From an uncultured delta proteobacterium (GTDB taxonomy: Bacteria > Desulfobacterota > Desulfobacteria > Desulfobacterales > UBA11574): a stretch of DNA of 64,000 nucleotides. Made by a program: the position numbers and the translations under genes. Under the pieces are notes generated by a model. It saw nothing but the letters and a program-made list of their open reading frames with translations, was not told the DNA's origin and ran no database searches. The DNA lies in assembly GCA_963752565.1 (NCBI GenBank), contig CAVVZC010000003.1, positions 723,080 to 787,079 on the forward strand, in the 5' to 3' direction. Position 1 is the stretch's first letter; each line of letters opens with the position of its first letter. This document shows, one piece after another, positions 1-10,519 of the stretch.

Positions 1-286
1 CATCGGAATCGTATGTAATACCGAAATCAGCCCGTATTTTTTTCCTTTCGATATCGCCGGCATAAATGCAAAGCAGAATGTCGGCCTTGTCTTTTAACGC
101 CTGAAGAAGCCTCATTTTGATGTTGGGATCATAGCCCGGCAACACCCGGGATGCATGATAGTCAAATAAAAGCTTGCCGCCGAATTCAAGGTAGAGCTTA
201 TTGTCAAATTTTTTCGCACGTTCGAGGATTTCAGATATTTGCTCTTCGATATATTTCTCATTGTCAAACGCCATATCTGCTGCCAT
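1..286 (-). CDS. DUF1846 / UPF0371 family protein (5' part; runs off window)
   Basis: Manual translation from ATG 286: [57 protein letters not shown]...RADFGITYD, typical DUF1846 N-terminus. Confidence 0.8.
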   Translation of the reverse strand, partial: MAADMAFDNEKYIEEQISEILERAKKFDNKLYLEFGGKLLFDYHASRVLPGYDPNIKMRLLQALKDKADILLCIYAGDIERKKIRADFGITYDSD

Positions 287-753
287 GCTCTCTTCCTTAT
301 TCTATTTTAGAATCATAAACATCAACTTTACCCGAAGGGATTTTTTTATCCCATGAAATATTTGTCAACAAATGTTTTAAGTGTGACTAACAATAAAATC
401 AATATTTATTTAAAACTTAACGTAATTGGGGTCACATCTTGACTCAATAGGCCCCTTGGAAACGTTCTTCACATTTTAAGTTTCCAGCAATTGAAAAAAC
501 AAAACGCCGTAATGGTGCTTTCGGATCAAATCTTGATCGGTGATTAGTAGACTAAGGAAATTAACTTTACATATTGATATTATTAATAGATACATGCCTT
601 GAGATTTAGGAAGGAAATCCTGAGTCGGATATGCGTTTTTACGTTTCTTTATGAGACAAAGAATAGGTTTTACCCGAATATGTCATGAAAAAATTTAGAC
701 CATATTATGCGACTAAAATATTTGTCCGACCATAAACAGTTGGATACTTCGAA

Positions 754-1765
754 TCAATCCAGGTCGTTCTCGAGAACCAACCTAAAACGCGGTTTACCTG
801 TGCGAAGCTTCTCCATGGCATCATTGACCTTGGACATGGGAAATGTTTCGGTTACCGGACCGATGCCGTGTCTGGCGGCGAACTCTATCATGGTTGCCAT
901 GGTTGCCGGACTGCCCAGCGGGGACCCACCGATGGATTTCTGACCGATAATAAGCGGGAATACGGTCGCCGAGACCGAAGGTGCCGCCCCGACGATATGA
1001 AGTTTGCCTTTTGGCCGGAGTGCGTTGATGTAACCGTCCCAGTTCAGGTCGACATTGACCGCAACCAGGATCATATCCAGACGAGTTGGCGAGCTTGTCA
1101 AGTGCATCAGCGTCGTGCGTGCTGACGAAATGATGAGCGCCGAGTTCACGGGCTTCCGCCTCTTTGCCGGGACTGGTAGAAAATGCGGTCACCTCACATC
1201 CCCAGGCGTTGAGAAAGCGAAGGGCCATATGCCCCAAACCGCCGATGCCGACGACACCCACGCGGTCTGTTGGCTGGATGTTGTTCTGGATGATGGGGTT
1301 AAACACCGTAATACCGCCGCAGAAAAGCGGCCCTGCAGTGGCAACGTCGATCCCCTCAGGCAATGGAATTACCCAGGCCTTATCCGCTCGCACTTTGTTG
1401 GCAAAACCGCCATGGCGCCCGACAATGATACCTTCAGCGGTTGGACAGAGGTTGTAATTCCCGGACATACACTCGCTGCAAGTCATACACGACTTGGAAA
1501 ACCAACCCAGGCCAACGCTCTGCCCCGGTTTGAGATGCGTGACCCGTTCACCGATTGCGCCAATCTTTCCTACGATTTCATGTCCTGGCACCAGGGGATA
1601 TTCGGTCATTTGCCAATCATTGTTCAACATGCTCAGGTCGCTATGACAAATACCGCAAGAGCTAATGTCAATTTCAACCTGATCAACTCCAAGCTCTCCG
1701 GGATCGTACTCAAAAGGTTCGAGTTTTCCTCCGGCTGTTAGTGCTGCATATGCTTTTATTATCAT
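754..1765 (-). CDS. ahr: Zn-dependent NAD(P)-dependent alcohol dehydrogenase (Ahr/YjgB-like), one frameshift near 1080
   Basis: CGICHSD, GHE, structural Zn Cys cluster, GIGGLG; C-terminus continues in ORF 754..1149; RBS AAGGAGG before ATG 1765. Confidence 0.85.
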
Positions 1766-1926
1766 TTTCTTATCCTCCTTCAAAGAAGGTTCGTTGTTTA
1801 AACGTTAAAACGGTCGAGTGGCGCATGTTTCATTTTCAAAATAACGCCTAAATCACCAAAGTCAATCCGTTCATAGCGTGCGTTCTTTTCGTTCACGATC
1901 TTATAAATAGAAGTGACTTTGGCGAA

Positions 1927-2260
1927 GTGAAAAAAAGAATCAGGGATTTACATAGACTACTGGTTCCGAAAAAATACTTCGAAGCTTTCACGAAAGGATT
2001 CGAAGGTTTTAAGAAAACCGGTCAGGGCAGCGCAATTGGAAAAAAGATTGAAATGTCGGCGCTCAGAAAGGATGGAACGGAATTTACCATGGACTTTCCT
2101 TGTCTTCTTTTCAAATAGAGAGCCAATGGCATGCTTTGGGAGTTATTCGAGATATTTCCTATCGAAAGCAAGCGGAAAAAAAACGATTGCAAAAGGAAAA
2201 ACTGCAAGGGGTACTTGAAATGGCCGGAGCTGCTTGCCACGAATTGAATCAGCCTTTACA
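1927..2260 (+). pseudogene. Relic of a PAS-domain histidine kinase
   Basis: ALRKDGTEF, VIRDIS (PAC) and H-box AGAACHELNQPL in broken frames; no N-terminus and no ATPase domain. Confidence 0.65.
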
Positions 2261-2405
2261 TTTCCAGCGTAAACTGATAGGCACGCTTTTAGCATTTTCA
2301 ACTATTCCCAAAAATAAAAGCCTTAATAAAATCATTAAAAAACAAACACCCGAACCCTTTCTTCCAAATCATCGGAAGAAAAACCAAATTTTAAAATTGA
2401 GGCCT

Positions 2406-3281
2406 ATGGATCGTTTGGTTGGCGTATTTCTGATTGCTGTATCTGCGTCGTGCTTCGGTGCAATGGCTATTTTCGCTCGCCTGGCCTATGAAGCAGGAAC
2501 AGATCCGATTACGGTTCTATTTCTTCGTTTTACCATTGCCGCTATTTTTATGGCTACGGTCATGGTAGTTAAAGGCATTGCTTTTCCCCGGGGGCTCACT
2601 CTAATAAGCCTTACACTCATGGGGGCGCTCGGTTATGTGGGGTTTTCCCTTGCTTTTTTCACAGCCCTAACCATGGCCCCTGCGGGATTGGTTGCAATTC
2701 TTCTTTATCTTTACCCTGCGTTTGTCACGATATTGGCAACGATTTTTCTTAAAAAACCGGTGACGATACTTAAATGTGTAGCCCTTTCCATGACCTTTGC
2801 GGGAACAATACTGATTATTGGGCTGGAAAGCGGCAACGGACAGGTCCTTGGTATTGTGCTGGGTATAACAGCAGCCGTTCTGTATTCAATCTACATCGTT
2901 GTCGGCAGCAAGGTCATCCTAAATGCCGGTGCATTTCCCGCCTCAACTGTTGTCATAATTTCAGCAGGTGTGATTTTTAGCGGAATCGTTGCCGTAAAAG
3001 GCTTACAGTTCCCGGCAACATTGACCGGATGGATTTCGGTGTTGGCCATTGCCCTGGTTTCAACAGCCCTTGCCATTGTAACATTTTTTGCCGGTTTAAA
3101 AAAAATCGATCCTGCCAATGCTTCCATGATCTCCACCTTGGAACCTGTGGTCACCATTGCGCTGGCTGTGGTTGTTCTTGAAGAGACAGTGACGATACCC
3201 AAAATCCTGGGGGGTATCATGATTCTTATCGCAGTGGTTCTATTGGCAAAGAGGGAGACATACGCGCAAGTTTCGGAATAG
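2406..3281 (+). CDS. DMT/EamA family transporter
   Basis: About 10 hydrophobic segments, two EamA repeats, STLEPVV motif; probable start ATG 2406. Confidence 0.85.
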   Translation: MDRLVGVFLIAVSASCFGAMAIFARLAYEAGTDPITVLFLRFTIAAIFMATVMVVKGIAFPRGLTLISLTLMGALGYVGFSLAFFTALTMAPAGLVAILLYLYPAFVTILATIFLKKPVTILKCVALSMTFAGTILIIGLESGNGQVLGIVLGITAAVLYSIYIVVGSKVILNAGAFPASTVVIISAGVIFSGIVAVKGLQFPATLTGWISVLAIALVSTALAIVTFFAGLKKIDPANASMISTLEPVVTIALAVVVLEETVTIPKILGGIMILIAVVLLAKRETYAQVSE

Positions 3282-4084
3282 TAATGGATGCAGAAAACAG
3301 GAAAAAATTGATTTGACAATGAATATTGTATGATATCTGGAACAAGGTCGATTCTGGTATAGGTGCAAGATCTTTGCAAAATTCACAAAATAAAAATTAA
3401 ACGCTATGTATTATCTCAATATGGGTTTTTGTTTCACATCGCTTTGGACCAGCCTTGGTGCACGAGGTTCATGTCAGCTAATAATGATTTGTAATATAAT
3501 AAGATACGAAGGGTTAGGATTTTAAACTGCAGAAGGCGGTATTATTCAGGAATTCGTTAAATTAACATAACTGGAGCTTGATTGAACCTAAACAAAGATT
3601 TTACCTTGAAATCTTAAATCCGATGCCTTAAATACCCGCTATATCATGCATCTTCAAGCTGGTTTCAGTTTTTGTGATATCGACAGCGGCTAGGGCTTTA
3701 CCTATATTTTATTTCACAACGATTTTTTGATTTACAACTCAATGTGATGATATTAGCCTTAAATCTTTAAATTTGGATAGCAGTAGTCAGTTGACAACAC
3801 CGCTTTCTTCAGGTATTTGAATTACAATTGGTGGTGGCTGGATAAAAATCAGCGTATTTTAGATAGGTTCTAATACAAGAATACAGGAAAAGTTATTCAC
3901 TATAAATGAGAAAAGACATGTTTATGGGCTATCGGTGTAATGCGTCTATGGTAAAGGAAATCATAAAAATTCGAAGTTTTCGAAGTAAAATTGCACAAGT
4001 CAAAAGCCTCTTTGGTTGCGGCACAAATAAAAAATTCAACATGTTAACCATCTGGAATTATTTGTTGTTTTTTTGCTTCGTGAC

Positions 4085-4172
4085 ATCAGGCTATGCCACA
4101 GACGAAGTGTGTCTTGAAGCAGAAACAACTACAGGCAATTAACCGCCAATAGCAGATGCCGGTCCAGATCCG
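4085..4172 (+). pseudogene. Relic of a PKD/REJ-type surface protein
   Basis: Reads SGYATDEVCLEAETTTGN*PPIADAGPD; N-x-PPIADAGPD is the PKD repeat start, interrupted by TAA. Confidence 0.4.
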
Positions 4173-4460
4173 GCCTGTGGGGTTTCGCATATGCACCATA
4201 AACATTCATAAATTTTTATTTTCGCTAGTTTTCCTACGGTCCTAAAACCGTCACTCTGTTTCATCCCTCCCATAATGGGATTTGTTTTCTATCGTGACTT
4301 GGCCCTGATTTCCAATCGGGCATTCAATCGCTGCCCTTTCGGGTATGTATTGGTCTAAGCCATTGTCAAAGAGCAATATTTAAATCTAAAGTGCCTCAGA
4401 CAGACTAAGATAGCATTGATAGACATTAGAAAAAAAAAGAAAATTCGAAATCAAATCAGC

Positions 4461-4553
4461 ATGGAATCAATTGTTTTGCTGTTCTCAACTATAGCTGTAA
4501 CCGGCCTGGCTGTTTTCATTATCTTTTGGTTGTTCGTAGTTCATATGATATAA
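4461..4553 (+). CDS. Possible 30-aa single-TM small protein
   Basis: MESIVLLFSTIAVTGLAVFIIFWLFVVHMI; uniformly hydrophobic, no clear RBS. Confidence 0.25.
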   Translation: MESIVLLFSTIAVTGLAVFIIFWLFVVHMI

Positions 4554-4779
4554 AGCGATTACTCCTAAGGTATTCGCAATTTAATAGGGTTAAAACATGT
4601 TAGGAAGAGGATAACAGCAATATGCTCTGCTAAAGGGTTAGAATTGATGTTTTTTCGCAATTCGCATTAGATCGAAAGGGCATTGAACATTTTAAACGGC
4701 TGAAACAAGAGTAATATTTCGGGTTTTAGAATACGAATTATGCACTCGTGGCCTTCAAAAAGTGAAAGGAGAAAAAAAC

Positions 4780-5049
4780 ATGAACAAAGCAGATTTAGTT
4801 AGCGAGGTTGCCAAGGTCGTAAAAACCAAAAAGGATGCCCAGGCAGCCTTGGAAGTTGTTCTTTCAAGCATTACCGAGGCACTTGGGAAAGGAGAGGCCG
4901 TATCATTGGTTGGGTTCGGCACATTCAAGGTGACAGAGAGGAAGGCTCGTAAAGGCAGAAATCCTCAGACAGGAGAAGAGATATATATTGCGGCAAGTAA
5001 GGTGCCAAAGTTTGTTGCAGGAAAGGCTTTGAAGGAAGCTGTGAAATAA
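4780..5049 (+). CDS. hup: DNA-binding protein HU
   Basis: MNKADLV...GFGTF...[10 protein letters not shown]...PKF signature; RBS AAAGGAG. Confidence 0.95.
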   Translation: MNKADLVSEVAKVVKTKKDAQAALEVVLSSITEALGKGEAVSLVGFGTFKVTERKARKGRNPQTGEEIYIAASKVPKFVAGKALKEAVK

Positions 5050-5072
5050 TTAATTGTTTGTGGATAATGGAT

Positions 5073-5102
5073 AAAGGCAGAGTCAATATGACCCTGCCTT
5101 TT
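5073..5102 (+). terminator. Intrinsic terminator after hup
   Basis: AAAGGCAGAGTCA-ata-TGACCCTGCCTTTT hairpin followed by T-rich tract. Confidence 0.7.
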
Positions 5103-5469
5103 CTATTTGTGCGCCCGGCAGGGCGCACTCACTCGATTTTGGTTTCCGTAAAAAAATAATCTTAAGTTGTTGTTAACAAATCCTCGTGCAAGAATAGCCA
5201 AATGGAGATTTCGAACTCTGATTTCAGATTTAGATTGAGGTTGATGATTTGTATATGCTAAAAATAATGCAATGAAGTATCATCCGGGGATTTCCTATAA
5301 ATTTTACTCGAATGTTCGGGGTAATCCCTAAGCCTTGTACAAAAGTTAATATTCGAAATCTTTGATACCTGCTTCTATTACCCTAAGTATCATGGGCTTT
5401 AAATTTATTGTGATATTGTTTTATAGTTAGGGCAGATGTGCTTACCCATCAAAAAAAATTGGGTCAAAA

Positions 5470-6117
5470 TTGCAAAAGATCACCTTGATAATCATCTTTT
5501 TAATGATCACTTTTTCTGGAATAGTACTGTGTTGTTCCTCTGAAACCAGAGCATATGATTATATTGTTAGACCAGAAGATACGTTAAGCGAAATCACACT
5601 CATTTTCACCGGCACCCATGACTATGTTAAAATAGCACAGCAAAACCGGATTTCAAATCCTGATTTGATATATCCAGGAGATATCATTAAGCTACCGTCA
5701 TCAAGGCCCATTGAAACCCTCAGAAATTACCTTGCCGCAATATATAAATCGGAAGAAATGAAAGCATATAAATTGCTCTCTACCAACACGCGTTCAAATA
5801 TTACTTACGATGGATTTAAAAAAGCGTTAAATAAGATCACGTTTTATAATTTAAACTCGATGCGTATCTGTGCAGATTTTATCGAAAATGAAAATCATAT
5901 TTTACAAATTAAGATATTTTTAGCGGAAGATCCCGCAAGTTGGGGGTTTAACTTAATTAGAGAAAAATACAAGTGGTACATATTGTTATTCGATCTCAAT
6001 CCTACAACCCCACAAGATGATGGATTTATCGAATGGAGATGCAATGAACCATATGAACCTCACACGGATACGACTGTGACCAATAACGAGCCAATCCATT
6101 ATGCGGAACGAAGATGA
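5470..6117 (+). CDS. Secreted LysM-domain protein
   Basis: Signal peptide then YIVRPEDTLSEI...IAQQNRISNPDLIYPGDIIKLP (LysM). Confidence 0.8.
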   Translation: MQKITLIIIFLMITFSGIVLCCSSETRAYDYIVRPEDTLSEITLIFTGTHDYVKIAQQNRISNPDLIYPGDIIKLPSSRPIETLRNYLAAIYKSEEMKAYKLLSTNTRSNITYDGFKKALNKITFYNLNSMRICADFIENENHILQIKIFLAEDPASWGFNLIREKYKWYILLFDLNPTTPQDDGFIEWRCNEPYEPHTDTTVTNNEPIHYAERR

Positions 6118-6353
6118 TTTGGTCCTTTCAGATCCTTCCAACATATTATCAACCTAAAGATGAGAGTTTTTTTCATATTTGATCATTCTGAATGATCATC
6201 AAAAACCATGAACCACCAGAATTGTGAACAGAAAACTGTGCATCAATGCAATATTTTCTGTGCATTTTTTAATTCTCTTCGCGTTACAACCAACTTTTCA
6301 TAACCCACCAAAAAATAATGATTTTTGACACTCTATACACACAAAACAGAATT

Positions 6354-6368
6354 TGGCACATATGTTGA
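6354..6368 (+). promoter_or_regulatory. Possible sigma54 promoter (non-canonical -12)
   Basis: TGGCACATATGTTGA (GG-N10-GA), TGTG repeats upstream. Confidence 0.35.
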
Positions 6369-6559
6369 ATAGAATTCTATTTAATACATCCTGCCTAAAG
6401 GAGTTCATGTTATGAAATTAAACAAGCGGTGAAGATGGCAATTGCTTATTATGAAACCAATGTCGGCAGCAAAGAGCATGCAGCTTCGAGATAAAACACT
6501 CCAGAAAAGACGTTACTTTACAATGTGTAGGGGTCAATCTGGGAAATGACTTGACCTTG

Positions 6560-6585
6560 CGCAATCCCGCCATGGCGGGATTGCG
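6560..6585. repeat. Perfect 26-bp palindrome
   Basis: CGCAATCCCGCCATGGCGGGATTGCG equals its own reverse complement. Confidence 0.85.
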
Positions 6586-6780
6586 TTGGAATCTTAATTT
6601 ATGCCCAATTTAGATTTATGGGTGGACACTAATTAGCATGGTTCCAAAAAGAGAAATATTTTAGACTATGAAATGAATTTCATAAATAATTGGCAATATT
6701 ATTCATAATATTGGGCAGTGTTAATATGTCGGACTATATAACTATCTATGATTATATCAGATATGTTTATCTTAAGAATT

Positions 6781-6795
6781 TGGCATGATTTCTGC
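6781..6795 (+). promoter_or_regulatory. sigma54 promoter
   Basis: TGGCATGATTTCTGC (GG-N10-GC). Confidence 0.55.
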
Positions 6796-7130
6796 TTAAT
6801 TATAAAGCTAAAAACATACGTTGAAAAAGCATTAACGTAAGTAAGTGCCACTCAACTTCAACATCTAAACAAAAGACCACGTGACGGCCAAGCGCCTTCA
6901 AGGTTATACTTAAAAAGGGAGTTTGGGGTGGCACTTAATAAATGGCTTCTCTGGAGTACGTGCATCTTATTCTTCGGTCGACCGTATATATTTATACATA
7001 ATTTTATCATGCACCGAGGTTAATAACGGCATTTGGGGAAGCCTTTATATTTAAATTGTCGTAATATTAGAATCCGAGAAACTATTAATAAAATTGCCTG
7101 ATAATAAATTGTATATGGTACTAAAATTGG

Positions 7131-7802
7131 TTGTTTAATTCTATGCTGATAAACGAAGCTATTTCATTCCAAAAAAGATCTTGTATTCCCTATGTATTTC
7201 CCTTTGCCCTTTTTGCAGTCTGCATCTATGCGGGTCTTCTCTTCAATATTTCCCAAAGCCTTATGTATCCAATAAAAACCGTTTTAGTTGCTTCAAGCCT
7301 GATTTACTTTTGGAATGTCTACAAACAGGAAATACGATTCTCATTTAGCTGGCTGCCTGTCATCTCCGGAATTTTGGTCTTCTTTATATGGGTGCTTCCT
7401 GAAGGGATGTATCCTCAGATCGGACATTCAGAGTTTGATCCTTATAAACACGCAAGCGGTTATGGTATATATTTTGTTATTACTTTCAGGCTGATTGGCG
7501 CCACTTTGGTTGTTCCCTTAATGGAAGAGTTATTCTGGAGATCGTTTGCCCTGAGATTCGCCATAAAATCTGACTTTAAATCCGTGCCGCTTGGGCAGTT
7601 TTCATGGCTCTCTTTTATCTTCATTTCTATTCTTTTTGGATTAGAACATCAACGCTGGCTTGTAGGAATTTTTGCAGGAATGATATATTCAGGTGTTCTC
7701 TATCGAAGCAAAAACCTATTTGACCCCATCTTGTCCCATGCAATAACAAATTTCTTGCTGGGTGTGTATGTTCTTTCAACCCATCAATGGTCCTTCTGGT
7801 AA
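7131..7802 (+). CDS. CAAX prenyl protease-related protein (CPBP family, PEP-CTERM-system type)
   Basis: PYVFPFALF N-terminus, PLMEELFWRSF, FGLEH, HAITN motifs. Confidence 0.85.
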   Translation: MFNSMLINEAISFQKRSCIPYVFPFALFAVCIYAGLLFNISQSLMYPIKTVLVASSLIYFWNVYKQEIRFSFSWLPVISGILVFFIWVLPEGMYPQIGHSEFDPYKHASGYGIYFVITFRLIGATLVVPLMEELFWRSFALRFAIKSDFKSVPLGQFSWLSFIFISILFGLEHQRWLVGIFAGMIYSGVLYRSKNLFDPILSHAITNFLLGVYVLSTHQWSFW

Positions 7803-7913
7803 CTAAAAAACGAAATGCCAAAATAACATTAAAGGTTTTTCAATCAATTACAGAGTGACTCGCCTACAACGATAGGTCCGGCGCAATATGAATAAGGGAA
7901 ATGATCATAAAAA

Positions 7914-9119
7914 TCATATGTGAAATGTATCCACAGCTTCTTTAATAAGCTTCCCGATAGCCATCTTTTGAGGACATCTTTTCTCCGCCAATGAATAGTC
8001 TAAATTTACCATTTGCAGTCGCATAATTTCAGGAATTGTCTTAAATTGGGCGGCGGCGTAGTCGGACTCACCGTAGCTGCGATAATACATGAGATACCGC
8101 ATCACATCACCGATGGGGACATCCAGTTCAACGGTGGATTCACAAATCTTTGCACAACCGGCGCAATAGTCTGAATGTGTTTCGAAAGCATAGCGGTGAA
8201 AAAATTCAGTGTCCCGCAAAGTGAGGTCGGTCCTGTTCAATGCAGCCTCGACATTGGCCTTAAGAATTGTCATGTTCGGCATCTGCGAGCAAATGCTGGC
8301 GATATGAGGATTTTGCCAAACTGCAATTAATTTGGCCTGAGCGTCGGTAAATCCTTTTTGTAAAAAACGGCCGGCCATTTTGAGTTCGGTATCGGTACTT
8401 GTCTTAACCGATCCTCCACCCTGGGTTTTCATGGCGGTCAATCCGATGCCCGCTTTCACACAAACATCTACCGCTCGTTTCATCCGTTCGGTATGCATCA
8501 ATCGATAGTTGTAGGTCATCATGATACCGTCGATCCAGCCGAGCTTTGCCGCCTCTATCATACACGTTTCCATATTGCGGTGGGTACTGAAACCGAAAAA
8601 ACGGATTTTTCCCGCTGTCTTGGCCTTTTCCGCCCAGGTTTTGGTGCGTTCATCCAATTCATCAATACCGTAGATTCCGTGAACAAAATAAAGATCGATA
8701 TAGTCGGTATTCATTCTTTCAAGGGATCGATCGAGGAGCCGGGTCATGCCTTTGGAGTCCCGGGCATCGGATTTGGTCACCAGAAAAATCGTATTGCGAT
8801 CTTCAGGATATTTTTTAAAATATTTTCCAATGCCGGATTCGCTGGCGCCTTGATAGCAGTCTGCGGTATCCCAGTAGGTTACACCCCAACGAACGGCCTG
8901 TTTCATCATTATCTGGTTGGAGGCGATGTCGAACATTCCGCCCAGTGAAAGTATTGAAACCTTTGCTCCGGTTTTCCCGAAGGGTCTAACAGGTATCGTT
9001 TTTTGTGCTTCGGTTGCATTTGCAATTTGGCTGACCGGTGCCATGACCGCCCCCAATCCGGCAGTACCGGTAGCCTTTAAAAAATCTCTGCGGGACCATT
9101 TGCCGTCATTTGAGTTCAT
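7914..9119 (-). CDS. Tat-exported aldo/keto reductase with C-terminal Fe-S (Cys) domain
   Basis: SRRDFLK Tat signal, RPFGKTG, WDTADCY, GFSTH, AMKTQGGG, CAGCAKIC...CPQ. Confidence 0.9.
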   Translation of the reverse strand: MNSNDGKWSRRDFLKATGTAGLGAVMAPVSQIANATEAQKTIPVRPFGKTGAKVSILSLGGMFDIASNQIMMKQAVRWGVTYWDTADCYQGASESGIGKYFKKYPEDRNTIFLVTKSDARDSKGMTRLLDRSLERMNTDYIDLYFVHGIYGIDELDERTKTWAEKAKTAGKIRFFGFSTHRNMETCMIEAAKLGWIDGIMMTYNYRLMHTERMKRAVDVCVKAGIGLTAMKTQGGGSVKTSTDTELKMAGRFLQKGFTDAQAKLIAVWQNPHIASICSQMPNMTILKANVEAALNRTDLTLRDTEFFHRYAFETHSDYCAGCAKICESTVELDVPIGDVMRYLMYYRSYGESDYAAAQFKTIPEIMRLQMVNLDYSLAEKRCPQKMAIGKLIKEAVDTFHI

Positions 9120-9240
9120 TTTATAACCTCCGTTAATTCTTTATTTTTTTTCAACCTGCTACATTGTATTGGCGTTGCTGAAAATTAAGGGTGCGAAACT
9201 TGAAAAATAAATGGCTGATTGCTGAATTAAATTTGTGTCT

Positions 9241-10448
9241 TCATGACAATTCTTTAACCGCTTCTCTCATCAGTTTGCCGATAGCCATATTTTGAGGACA
9301 TCTTTGCTCGGCCAAAGAATAATCCGTAAGCTGTCATTTGCCTGCGGGTAATCACGGGTATTTTCTGAAATCGTGCTTTCGCCTCTCTGCCGGTTTCCAT
9401 AGCTGCGGGCATACATGAGACAGCGCATCACGTCACTGACGGGGACATTCCCCTGGACGGAAGATTCACAGATGTCGGCGCAACCGGCACAATAATGTGA
9501 ACGCGTTTCTTGTGCGTATTGTCGAAGAAGCCCCATATCCCGGACGGAAAGTTTCGTTTTATCCAATGCAGCGGCAACGTTTGACATCAAAATCGTCATG
9601 TTGGGCATTTCCGAGCATATACAGCTGATATCCGGATTGTCCCAGACGGCTTTCAGTTTGGCCTGGGCGTCGGTGAATCCTTTTTGTAAAAAGCGACCGG
9701 CCAGTTTAAGCTCGGTATCGCTGTCGGTATTCACCTGGCCGCCGCCCTGGGTTTTCATGGCCGTTAAACCGATGCCGGCCCTGGCGCAGGCCTCCACCGC
9801 TCTTTTCATTTCATCGGTGTGCATCAGTCGATAATTGTAACGCATCATAATACCGTCAATCCAGCCCAGTTTGGAAGCCCCCAACATGCACGCTTCCATA
9901 TTGCTGTGGGTACTGAAACCAAAAAATCGGATTTTGCCCAGGGCTTTCTTTTTGTCAGCCCATACTTTGGTTTCATCATCCAGATCGCTCATGCTTCTCA
10001 CCGAGTGTACAAAAAAGAGGTCAATATAATCGGTTTTCATACGTTCAAGAGATAAGTCAAGGTCCCGGCTCAATCCACTAAGGGTCCATGCATGGGATTT
10101 TGTCACCAAAAAAATTCGTTTGCGATCTTCCGGGTATTTTTCCAGGTATTTGCCAATACCCTTTTCGCTCTTGCCGCCCATGTAAGTATTTGCCGTATCC
10201 CAATAGGTCACCCCCCATTTGACGGCCTGTCTTAGTACCAGGAGACTCATGGAAGTGTCGAGACTTCCCCCAAAAGCCAATATAGGGACATCGATTCCGG
10301 TTTTTCCGAACGGGCGAGTCGGTATTTTTTTTGGTCCTTCGGAAGCTTCGGTTAGAGGGTTGAAAGCGGCAAAGATTGACCCCACACTCGCTGCACCGGC
10401 GGCTTTCAAAAAGTCTCTTCGAGACCGGTTATGTTTTTTTATTGACAT
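9241..10448 (-). CDS. Paralogous Tat-exported aldo/keto reductase (frameshifts near C-terminus)
   Basis: SRRDFLK, WDTANTY, CAGCADIC; C-terminus DYSLAEQRCPQNMAIGKLMREAVKELS* lies in another frame ending at 9241. Confidence 0.85.
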
Positions 10449-10519
10449 ACAGAATTCTCCATTTTTGAAATATGTTCTAATATTTGAGCTGTTGAAGCAA
10501 AAATTTTTCCCAAACATCG

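Noticed and set aside
2100-3281. Apparent histidine-kinase/EamA fusion (393-aa ORF)
   Set aside because: The kinase part is a fragment joined by low-complexity AT-rich sequence; the EamA gene has its own ATG at 2406, so this is a chance in-frame read-through
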